Assembly (NCBI GenBank): GCA_964649665.1
Contig: CAZYPU010000001.1
Span: 16,428 to 80,427 of the forward strand
Length of the DNA: 64,000 nt
Source of the DNA: an uncultured Planctomycetia bacterium
GTDB lineage: Bacteria; Omnitrophota; Gorgyraeia; JABMRN01; RBG-13-46-9
Direction of reading: 5' to 3'
Each line of letters opens with the position of its first letter. Position 1 is the first letter of the stretch. Both the position numbers and the translations under genes were made by a program. Below, in pieces: positions 56,601-62,595 of this stretch. Below the pieces are notes generated by a model, which saw only the letters and a list, made by a program, of their open reading frames with translations, was not told the origin of the DNA and made no database searches.

Positions 56601-59600
56601 GCCGGCCTCCCGGGAAAGGGAAACCGCCACCAAAAGCTTCCAGATAACATATCTCTGGTAGGAAGAGAGGTTGATACTGAAGGGTTGGATTTAGATAATG
56701 TTTACTCTGACGTCAAGTTTTCCAAACCCGCTAAAGCGTCCGGTATAGGTATTTTTGCAAGAAACGAAGAATTGCTGGCAAAGATTGAAGAGATGATATC
56801 CGCCGGTGTCTGGGATCGGCGTGAAGCGTTCATTGTGAAGGAACGGTTGGGACTTAATCCGGAGGGAGCCAGGCGTTCCCTGCAGGAAATTGCGCATGCC
56901 CTGCGCATTACCAGAAACAGGGTATGGCAGATTGAGACAGACGCTATCCGGAAAGCGCAATTTTGGCTGAGGAAATCCCAACACCCTGTATTGAACGCAG
57001 AAAACGATGGACCGGCGTCTGGCACTGCGTCTGAACAGACAACAGCTACCGCCTCGGCCAAGTTGGCACCGCAAAAAGAACATGGTGGCACGTCGTCAGG
57101 AAATTCTTACGGCGCCGCAATCGGCGCGGGGCTTACCGGATTAAGCTGGCAGGCGGGATTATGCTTCTTCGCGTTCCTATTCGTTTACGAGATAGCCCGG
57201 CAGGTCTGGTACGCGAGATTCTACAAGAATTTACTCGAGAGCCACTCCGGGCCTGCCCGAATAATCAATTCCTTCTTCTCAAGCTCCTTCCATTTCCCGC
57301 GGGTCATAGAAGATTTCATAAAGGACCATATCACGCAGACGCTACTTAGCGTCGTTTCAAGAATAAGATTCCAAAGCCCGATCGCCAAAGCTCGGCTGGT
57401 TGATGGTTCAGTGGCACAGTTTCTTCAGATGCCGGTTGTATTTATGAGCACGGATTCAGGCGGCGAGGCTATAAAACGACCCGCCACCCTGCCTGTGAGG
57501 GTAAAAGAATTTTCTCAGTTGGATTCGATGCCGCTACACGGCTCGATAATGGAGTTGCCGATTTCCAGTAGAATTAAAAAAAGGTTGGCACGTGGAGGCG
57601 TCAAAACTATCGATGAACTTAAAAACATGACGCTCGACAAAATTCGTCAAATTTACGGGATTGGCGAAAAATCCATGACTATTATAAAAGCTATAAAGGA
57701 TAGGCTTGATGAATTGGCTGATATAGAGATGATGAAAAAAGAGCAATTAGCTAAGGAAGAGAAAAAGGCAGAAAATAAAAGGCGGCGGGAAAGACTAAAA
57801 TATATACGTGACGAGTTAGGCGTTAGCAGACTAAAATTCATTTCACTATTAAATGCCGCTGGGGCCGCATCCACGATAGAGATGTTGGGATATCTAAGAG
57901 GGTTAACCATTATCCCGGATCGGGTTATCGATAGTGCGGAGAATTTATTGCGACACGAGCGCGAAATAGCAAGAACAAGAGCGGTTCAGCTAGAAGCAAA
58001 AAGACAATTGGTTTCCTGCATTACGGCGTTTGAACAATTAAAAGAAAAACTTAAGACAGCAGATTTTGATGAGAGGAGGAGCGAACTTACGATTGCGCAA
58101 ATCTGGGTTGAGCCGGATTACCATACAAAGGAAATAGGCATTCACGGTTTTATGGATACAATCGCTGATAAAATAATCGCTCTAGATATTAAACCTCAAA
58201 ACCACAAGGCATTAAGGGCGCTTTTTGAATTAAGTGTAAGATATTTCAGCGGCAATATCAATGTTTTTAGAACCGTTTTGGCAAATATAAATAATGTAGA
58301 AGAACTGATAGAATTCCCTGCTTATATTGGATCCAACGGATTTAATCGCGAAAGCATAGATGAAGAAATGCGGCGTTTCCGAGAATGGCTACGTTCTAGA
58401 AGGGCAATACTTCCTTTCGAAACGGGCACATTTTCGTGTCCTTCTTGGTGGCCGTATGTGCCGAATGAGCTGGCTCCCGTCACAAGTGTCGGCAGGAGAA
58501 AATATTCCAAGGACGAAAGAGTTTCCGTAGGATATGGAGGATTTTTTGAAGGGTATTTAGATTTTATTATTGTCGGCGATACAATGCGAATTGGCGAGAT
58601 TCACGGTAAAATAGAAATGCACAGATTAATCCCAGAGGTTCGAAAGAAAGTAAGCGGCTGGGAAAAGTTGGCGCTAGAAGAAGCCATTAAAGAGGCCGGG
58701 CGGCGAGGGGTCAAGACGATTTTGTTCTCCCCTCCATTCGCGCAATACAGAGCGCTTAGCCAATGGAATACGTCTAACCCCGATTCGGATATAGCTTACA
58801 GGATTTATAGTAACCTGCCTTTTGATTCAGGGTTTAGATTAAAGATTAGAGAAAAAATCGTTTTTAGCGAAAATTTCCGCAATCAATTATTCTCTCATCT
58901 TGTATGGCAAAGAGACGCCGCCCCGGCCGCAGTCGCGGCCGAGCCGCCGGCGCCTCTGGCATCGGCCGGAGCCGCGGGCGAAACCCAAACACCCGCCGCG
59001 CGGAGGATAGTCGATACTATAAATGGTTATGAAGAAATCTTCCCGGGAGGCAACGCAGTCGGCCGTTATATAGATCCTGAAGGTAATCCGAGGAATTGCA
59101 CACTAAGCAGGGCGTGTTATGACAATGACTTCTGCAGAATACTGGCGGCGGATATCGGCAATGGCAACGCCGGAAAGAAAGCCCTCTCCATAGGCGCGGG
59201 CTCGGGTGTGCTTGAGAGTCGGCTAAACGAGGCCCATGGCCTTGAAGTTACATGTATAGATATAATCTCGAAATTCATGCCGTGGGATATGCGGGGGTCC
59301 ATGGCGTTTACTCTTGCCGACGGTGAGCATCTTCCGTTTGCGGACAATAGCTTCGATATTGTCATCTTATCGGAAAGCATAGGGCATATGAAACTTGATA
59401 TCGCCCTGGCTGAAGCGTTCAGGGTCTTGAAGCCGGGAGGAGTGATTCATATACTGACGCCTGATCCTGCGAACAAACTGTCCTGCGATCCCAGTTTGTT
59501 CGCGGCGCTAAAATATTCTCCCTATGATATCGCTCAAATTATACATGGATTGAAGAATTCAGGTTTTGAAAATGGTGAAAGAATAAAAGATGACAACCGC

Positions 59601-62327
59601 TCGGCATTCCTGGGGCTTATATATGTGCGGGCCGAAAAGGCTGCGATAACCATTCCCTCCGAGCCGGCGCCGGCCACGCAGTCAGGTCACGCGACCGCCG
59701 CCGTAAAAATACGCGAACTTACAGTTGATGAGTTAGGCGGATATTCAGTTGACCTGATAGCGTTGGAAGATAAGATGCCGCCGGCTGCCAGGGAAGATTT
59801 AGTAATACTATTGGAAGAGATTAAGAGGTGCGCTTCTCAATGTCAGCATTTTGTAATTTTAGGCGCTTTTGATAACGGTCAATTGATAGGATACACGATA
59901 GGTATGTCCGTATCATGGCTTATCGACTATTTCACGAATAAAAAGATAGCCGCTCCGGCATTCATATCCAGAATAGCAAAAGACAGCAAGAATTGGTTTA
60001 TTCCCAGGATAGTAGTTTTACCGGAATACAGAAAACATGCCGTGGCTTACAGGCTCTTTCAGCAACTATCAGGTATGGCCCGAGATAGAAACGCTCAAAG
60101 GTTTTATGCTGTTCTATTGGACGAGAGATTAGCCGCGACCCTTGAGGAATTAGGCGCTAAGCGGATAAGTCGATGGTTTAGTCTGTTAACTTCCCTCAAA
60201 GGTCAAGGCGGCGTGCATCTGAAAATACCCGTAAATTTATTTTCCGCCGGCCACACAGGTAACACAGGCGGACAGAAAAAGTACCGTTCAAAAGCCGCCG
60301 ACCCGACCGCAGGCGCGGCCGAGCCGCCGGCGACGGAACCAGCGCCGGGGGCAAGTCCAAGCTCAGATTCGGAGGAGTCTATTTCGGTACATAGTGATTT
60401 TGGAAGACGACAGTTGCTCGGATTACCCGATAAAGCACGAATGCTGAAATACATCGCTGGTAACAAAGTTATTGAGTTAGGATGCGGAGGAGGTTCGGTT
60501 ACGGGATTGATAAAACAAAGGCTTCCTGATGGCCGTGTTGTAGGCATAGATTTTGAAGAAAGATTTTTAAGAAAAGCGAGAAACGATTACCCGACTTGCG
60601 AGTTTTATCATAGAAACCTTCTGGAATGGGATGACATCGATAGCTTTAAAGGGCAATTCAGCACGGTAATATTATCAAGCGCATTACACGAGATAGAAGG
60701 TGAAGACACCAGAGAGAGGGTATTAAGGACAGCATATGAACTATTGGAGAATGGCGGCGTTATAATTTTCCGTGATGGAGTGAAACCCAAAAACAAGGAA
60801 GAAGAGGTTGAAGTAATATTAAAAACCCCATATGCAAAAGAAAAGTTTGAGCTATTTGTCAAGGAATATAGACATAGAAAAATTAGGTTCATCTATACGG
60901 ATGAAACGCATACGCGTATTCGTATTACCAGTTATGATCTGCATGATCTCCTCTGTAAATATTATTTTGAGGGTGAACTTTGGAAAAGAGACATGAGTGA
61001 GTCTTTCGGACAAATGAATATGGGGGAATATCTTGATTTAATCGGCAGGTATTTTGCTATTACGCATCATGAAAAATACATAGCGCCTTACCTAAAAGAA
61101 TTGTGGGAAAAAGATTTTGAAGTAGTAAACAAAGACTATCCCGAAAGCCATACCCTTATAGTAGCGTCAAAACCGGCCGAGCCGCAAATTTCTAAGCCGG
61201 ATGGTACGAGAACCGAAATTCTGCAGGCCGCAGCCGCGGCCGAGCCGACATCGTCGAAGCCTGCCGAGGGCGGCAGAACGATATTCAAATTTTTTTCAAG
61301 TCAAAAGGAAGTAGTTGAGATATATCGGGATGGAACGCTTAAGGTGGCAATAAAAAGACCGGACAGGGACCTCCGGGATATTTTTGAAGAATGGCTTAAG
61401 AACGAACAAGACCCCAACGTGAAGGAAGCGATTAATTTAGCGCTTGCAAAATTGCCCTTTGACACCGATAGACAAGAAGGGGTCGATACAAAAGGCGCCG
61501 CCGCGGCCGAGCCGCCGGCGACGGGGGACTATAAAACGAATATGCAGGCAATTATAAAGCCCGGTGATATCTCAATCGAAGACAGCAAATTTCTTTTAAG
61601 CCGCGCTTCGGAATACCTCAAGGAGAAGCCGGTCGATATGTCGATAGACCTTTCCCTGATACCGAAGGAAGACATGGAGAGGAACATGGAAATATGGGCC
61701 TATATAATAGCACTTCATGATAAATACGGGTTTAATGCCCACTATATATTTGAAGGGAAGGATAAGAAATATAAAGCATCGGCGGAGGAAACGCTTCTCG
61801 CGAAAATAAAAGATTTATCCTTTTGGAAACGCCTTGATGTTAAGGCCATAAAGGCGCGCGTAACCGATGAATCGCGGCCGGCCGCTATGAGAATAAGCAT
61901 CATGCCGCTCAAGAAACTGGAGGCAATGCCCGTGATACCCGAAAATACTTTTCCGGTGGCCATGTCAGAAGGGCAAAACTTAGACGGCGTACCCTTGTGG
62001 GATTTTGTGGGCGCGGCGAGCCTGGGCCTCGCGCAGGCGGCTTGCGCGAAATTAATAAGGGAAAATAAAGCCGGCTATTTGGAAACCATAGAGCGTAAGT
62101 TTCTCCCGAGAATGCAGGCTATATACGAAAGGCTATTTCCAGGGAAGGAAGTAAAAGAAATAGTTACGAGGCAAACAATCCTCGAAATGGTAAACGAAGA
62201 TCCTTCCGCCGTAAGGGCGCGAATAAACCTGCTCATAGAGCTTGCCTTGCCGCCCATCGTGCGCCTGGCCCTGCGGGATCTAGACGACTACTACGCCAGT
62301 CTCCGCACCCTGCTAAGAGCCGCGTAA
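50634..62327 (+). CDS. Giant multi-domain membrane-associated protein (3897 aa): Fis-type HTH x3, Hanks-kinase-like, M50-like HExxH, sigma70 region-4-like, RNAP alpha-CTD-like, two SAM-methyltransferase domains and a GNAT domain
   Basis: Single uninterrupted 11.7 kb ORF. N-terminal leader homologous to that of the previous giant ORF. Multiple hydrophobic segments. AAAEPPAP-type linkers occur between modules. Confidence 0.85.
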   Translation: MLHIKRSIWVKFIAMGMACLFFLDTISWAYPVDRSEITTLAAQSMFNSILDAITKKPSERYSYRKRLEKEMVCIIEMALRALDRKNPDIDWGSHLNINAALNTMQHDGRYRKLMEVLDIPRRLEDEKGEYIEILVKTTRPSGRQKEFTIKFRGEKLDDLSDRGKIEIISAEGNTAPAPNTDIEAPKGPYGTGVKRVKVPFKEKNLEARKKKALSFIKIKSAEYCHSELWDNIWNSLVYNGGVAEIGAVLKRKINRVLRSPPVVRKKEVAMEAVKSLATSLALKENSGSVDRALMRDFRIAVLLLLDIFVPGIHEEFKKQDILDGEHFFPGIFDRLSIRGIPAAPAADMAEPQSPKPEGPAQGPKAEFMIPGAAPDMGAAALGALWPFGLVGALPRTPRRRFGEPLIDSLFNRGKRFMQPAIPPEMGGAVAEPASPKPAHGTGTSSDLKASLPSYTEETLYALEQAGGNQAKAAGILNIGLSAVSERKSRIRRVAVKINDNATLKRLLPLPSYTEETLEALKKVGGNQVKAARVLSIIQQTVSQRIIAIRRAAARIGDKATLERLAKALLSLPAYTEATLEALEQSQGKQKEAAGILKISQATVSRRISAIRSIATRIDDKTTLERFNEVLKVSKGAAPGDSVSSRGRQGAAIGAGLTTLSWQAGLCFFAFLFVYEIARQVWYARFYKNLLDSHPKATRIINSFFSSSFHFPRVIEDFIKNHITQPLLNIFSRIRFQSPIVQVRLAGIGRTITVFRMPVELMMSEKSPQKPPGHALGELPASTAVPSEPLGAPEGAHSQPDKLEQVRILLRTLIQKINLFFFGIFSQKKQSREVGLEDLVFERAVIIGEGSFSRVFRVPHKDNGVDYALKLYCKAPPGYSLKSAVELIDYQMRIAREYPQLIKSGIMPKYFTKGSCYFDGDRLSLAPISEKAYPCLLMEYIKGDDLSSLSDLDYHVGTKLVRDALAEGQDQYIIAALYNILRDKLDEAYSIAQAVNACHSAEPHGTFPGGLLIKELKPTNIKVRPDKTVCLVDLESAVPLNYDWVRNPSGVPPVARLVMTSAFSEDKNAFKDKSKAGLILLGQKLDVPWDIYSFGVVLSRMLHEYNITLDDAAEIKEAAVQTDTMRRFLERAEFAKGQFKRSIAGMKEIIKKCTIKDRTKRYRDMGEVIEALKDCIGVVDKEFRGKIPAELPSQEPRGTTSQESIEPKAAAAEPPAPRVAPKATEPLPETAGTNSGPDSKSPLSPSMLPGGEEQPYKPGQYVYEHPYKWFLISAAGLSANLLAAALCLVPAILISSSINLSTPPLIALGGALLYCAGALNAIIFAVNILEAGMAFIRGDVVVKDIPSETDKIKKYLYTASIPHELGHYLMARLFGLNVKFSTIGVDCKDIDVFEVTDYTNMRYAINMMKERGLFPFSSSQPGKFNRVKIGGSNEFVFNVTEKDRYLLEQMVRAWASEKSLDAGIEVTMDNRLINVYKGHDQYAILSYSVGMGENSEIEITIYNQRVEYPYKSQGLMALLQTYIFYLSKSDKVTYWNIEGTDGKVFAKTMEDKGILTDVKYKKTSRLEDHTEVRYAEASINKNVVAQRAKDYPFAAEPPSPQGPKAEFMVPGAALDTGAAALGALWPLGLVGALPRTLRRRFGEPFMDSIFNRGRCFMQPAIPPEMGGSATECEAPKPVNISAEKKEAFFNELGIGEEALAAAILKSPTLAGLNPARVRRAWRDKLGIEKEALAAAILKWPKIAGYNVPNNIKPKLQILKMFNVGKNKIMDFLIRIVDFNSKALEFILEASKASSFEIKDIKTLIRIYRKLNKAVKAKTKVTLAGWFRERITDDINLTVKPILSDIITELQSEETVDEDLWAMIKEAKAIFERQEENAVARGEREEPRKFSPIALFRIDSALYYRARRIGMLRRLHYIKPRLGLRKEDTGRLIQEIMKAEEEFDRREERDVRRGFRDSARPWIRRRLWEINPYLYDFLHNHRPDLLKTCVPAGLPGKGNRHQKLPDNISLVGREVDTEGLDLDNVYSDVKFSKPAKASGIGIFARNEELLAKIEEMISAGVWDRREAFIVKERLGLNPEGARRSLQEIAHALRITRNRVWQIETDAIRKAQFWLRKSQHPVLNAENDGPASGTASEQTTATASAKLAPQKEHGGTSSGNSYGAAIGAGLTGLSWQAGLCFFAFLFVYEIARQVWYARFYKNLLESHSGPARIINSFFSSSFHFPRVIEDFIKDHITQTLLSVVSRIRFQSPIAKARLVDGSVAQFLQMPVVFMSTDSGGEAIKRPATLPVRVKEFSQLDSMPLHGSIMELPISSRIKKRLARGGVKTIDELKNMTLDKIRQIYGIGEKSMTIIKAIKDRLDELADIEMMKKEQLAKEEKKAENKRRRERLKYIRDELGVSRLKFISLLNAAGAASTIEMLGYLRGLTIIPDRVIDSAENLLRHEREIARTRAVQLEAKRQLVSCITAFEQLKEKLKTADFDERRSELTIAQIWVEPDYHTKEIGIHGFMDTIADKIIALDIKPQNHKALRALFELSVRYFSGNINVFRTVLANINNVEELIEFPAYIGSNGFNRESIDEEMRRFREWLRSRRAILPFETGTFSCPSWWPYVPNELAPVTSVGRRKYSKDERVSVGYGGFFEGYLDFIIVGDTMRIGEIHGKIEMHRLIPEVRKKVSGWEKLALEEAIKEAGRRGVKTILFSPPFAQYRALSQWNTSNPDSDIAYRIYSNLPFDSGFRLKIREKIVFSENFRNQLFSHLVWQRDAAPAAVAAEPPAPLASAGAAGETQTPAARRIVDTINGYEEIFPGGNAVGRYIDPEGNPRNCTLSRACYDNDFCRILAADIGNGNAGKKALSIGAGSGVLESRLNEAHGLEVTCIDIISKFMPWDMRGSMAFTLADGEHLPFADNSFDIVILSESIGHMKLDIALAEAFRVLKPGGVIHILTPDPANKLSCDPSLFAALKYSPYDIAQIIHGLKNSGFENGERIKDDNRSAFLGLIYVRAEKAAITIPSEPAPATQSGHATAAVKIRELTVDELGGYSVDLIALEDKMPPAAREDLVILLEEIKRCASQCQHFVILGAFDNGQLIGYTIGMSVSWLIDYFTNKKIAAPAFISRIAKDSKNWFIPRIVVLPEYRKHAVAYRLFQQLSGMARDRNAQRFYAVLLDERLAATLEELGAKRISRWFSLLTSLKGQGGVHLKIPVNLFSAGHTGNTGGQKKYRSKAADPTAGAAEPPATEPAPGASPSSDSEESISVHSDFGRRQLLGLPDKARMLKYIAGNKVIELGCGGGSVTGLIKQRLPDGRVVGIDFEERFLRKARNDYPTCEFYHRNLLEWDDIDSFKGQFSTVILSSALHEIEGEDTRERVLRTAYELLENGGVIIFRDGVKPKNKEEEVEVILKTPYAKEKFELFVKEYRHRKIRFIYTDETHTRIRITSYDLHDLLCKYYFEGELWKRDMSESFGQMNMGEYLDLIGRYFAITHHEKYIAPYLKELWEKDFEVVNKDYPESHTLIVASKPAEPQISKPDGTRTEILQAAAAAEPTSSKPAEGGRTIFKFFSSQKEVVEIYRDGTLKVAIKRPDRDLRDIFEEWLKNEQDPNVKEAINLALAKLPFDTDRQEGVDTKGAAAAEPPATGDYKTNMQAIIKPGDISIEDSKFLLSRASEYLKEKPVDMSIDLSLIPKEDMERNMEIWAYIIALHDKYGFNAHYIFEGKDKKYKASAEETLLAKIKDLSFWKRLDVKAIKARVTDESRPAAMRISIMPLKKLEAMPVIPENTFPVAMSEGQNLDGVPLWDFVGAASLGLAQAACAKLIRENKAGYLETIERKFLPRMQAIYERLFPGKEVKEIVTRQTILEMVNEDPSAVRARINLLIELALPPIVRLALRDLDDYYASLRTLLRAA
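51981..52530 (+). other. Three tandem ~56-aa repeats, each a Fis-type (HTH_8-like) helix-turn-helix
   Basis: LPSYTEETLYALEQAGGNQAKAAGILNIGLSAVSERK, LPSYTEETLEALKKVGGNQVKAARVLSIIQQTVSQR and LPAYTEATLEALEQSQGKQKEAAGILKISQATVSRR resemble the NtrC/Fis C-terminal HTH (AL..TGGN..KAA..LGI.R.TL.RK). Confidence 0.55.
53135..54170 (+). other. Domain: eukaryotic-like (Hanks-type) Ser/Thr protein kinase fold with an atypical catalytic loop (IKELKPTN in place of HRDLKPxN); possible pseudokinase
   Basis: Gly loop IGEGSFSRVF, the YALKL Lys, helix-C Glu, hinge LLMEYIKGDDL, VDLES in the DFG position, and subdomain IX DIYSFGVVL. The catalytic Asp is replaced by Glu (GAG at about 53673-53675). Confidence 0.7.
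54714..54746 (+). other. HExxH zinc-metalloprotease-like motif (PHELGHYLMAR) in a transmembrane context, similar to site-2 protease (M50)
   Basis: HELGH followed by ..AR, as in RseP/SpoIVFB, and preceded by hydrophobic helices. No downstream LDG motif was found, so this is tentative. Confidence 0.35.
56815..56970 (+). other. Domain: sigma-70 region 4-like HTH
   Basis: RREAFIVKERLGLNPEGARRSLQEIAHALRITRNRVWQIETDAIRKAQ fits the r4 pattern (ER...L.LRYGL.....TLEEIG...gvTRERIRQIE.kALRKL). Confidence 0.6.
57519..57720 (+). other. Domain: RNA polymerase alpha-subunit C-terminal domain (alpha-CTD, HhH)-like
   Basis: MELPISSRIKKRLARGGVKTIDELKNMTLDKIRQIYGIGEKSMTIIKAIKDRL against the alpha-CTD pattern LELSVRSANCLK.A.I.TVGELV..TE.EL..I.NFG.KSL.EIKE.L. 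Confidence 0.6.
59180..59465 (+). other. Domain: class I SAM-dependent methyltransferase (Methyltransf_11-like), first copy
   Basis: LSIGAGSGV (motif I), LPFADNSFDIVI, LKPGGVI. Confidence 0.65.
59855..60165 (+). other. Domain: GNAT-like acetyltransferase
   Basis: QLIGYTIGM ... IVVLPEYRKHAVAYRLFQQL. Confidence 0.45.
60463..60785 (+). other. Domain: class I SAM-dependent methyltransferase, second copy
   Basis: VIELGCGGGSVT (motif I) ... VVGIDFEERFL ... FSTVILSSALHEI ... LENGGVIIF. Confidence 0.65.
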
Positions 62328-62408
62328 TCATTAAGTGATAAAGAAACTGTGTCCGACCGCGTAAGTCGGACCTACGCGGTGATAATGTAAAATATTGTGG
62401 GCACTTTC

Positions 62409-62510
62409 AACATGTCATTGCGAGGTCTGCGAAGCAGACCGAAGCAATCTCTTCGTTTGAGATTGCTTCGGCCGCAAACGAAGAACAGGGCGGCCTCGCA
62501 ATGACGGAGA
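62409..62510. mobile_element. MITE-like palindromic element, copy 3 (same orientation as copy 2; shortened right arm), with conserved left and right flanks
   Basis: CATGTCATTGCGAGGTCTGCGAAGCAGACCGAAGCAATCTCTTCGTTTGAGATTGCTTCG ... CCTCGCAATGACGGAG. Left flank GATAATGTAAAATATTGTGGGCACTTT and right flank GAGAAGCAAAG..CAATTATCTTGACACTAC match those of copy 1. A double hairpin (GTCCGACCGCGTAAGTCGGACCTACGCGG, 62351-62376) precedes it. Confidence 0.7.
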
Positions 62511-62555
62511 AGCAAAGCGCCCAATTATCTTGACACTACTTACGCGGTCGAATTC

Positions 62556-62585
62556 TTGGAAATTCGGGCCCGCTTGTGGTATAAT
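62556..62585 (+). promoter_or_regulatory. folC promoter TTGGAA-18-(TGg)TATAAT; ATG 10 nt after the -10, so near-leaderless
   Basis: TTGGAA at 62556-62561, TG at 62577-62578, TATAAT at 62580-62585, ATG at 62596. Confidence 0.5.
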
Positions 62586-62595
62586 TAAATTTCTT

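Noticed and set aside
62351-62376. Hairpins after the third giant ORF as a rho-independent terminator
   Set aside because: Two overlapping GC-rich stem-loops are present but no T-run follows. Possibly a terminator or attenuator, but not confident enough to list as a feature.
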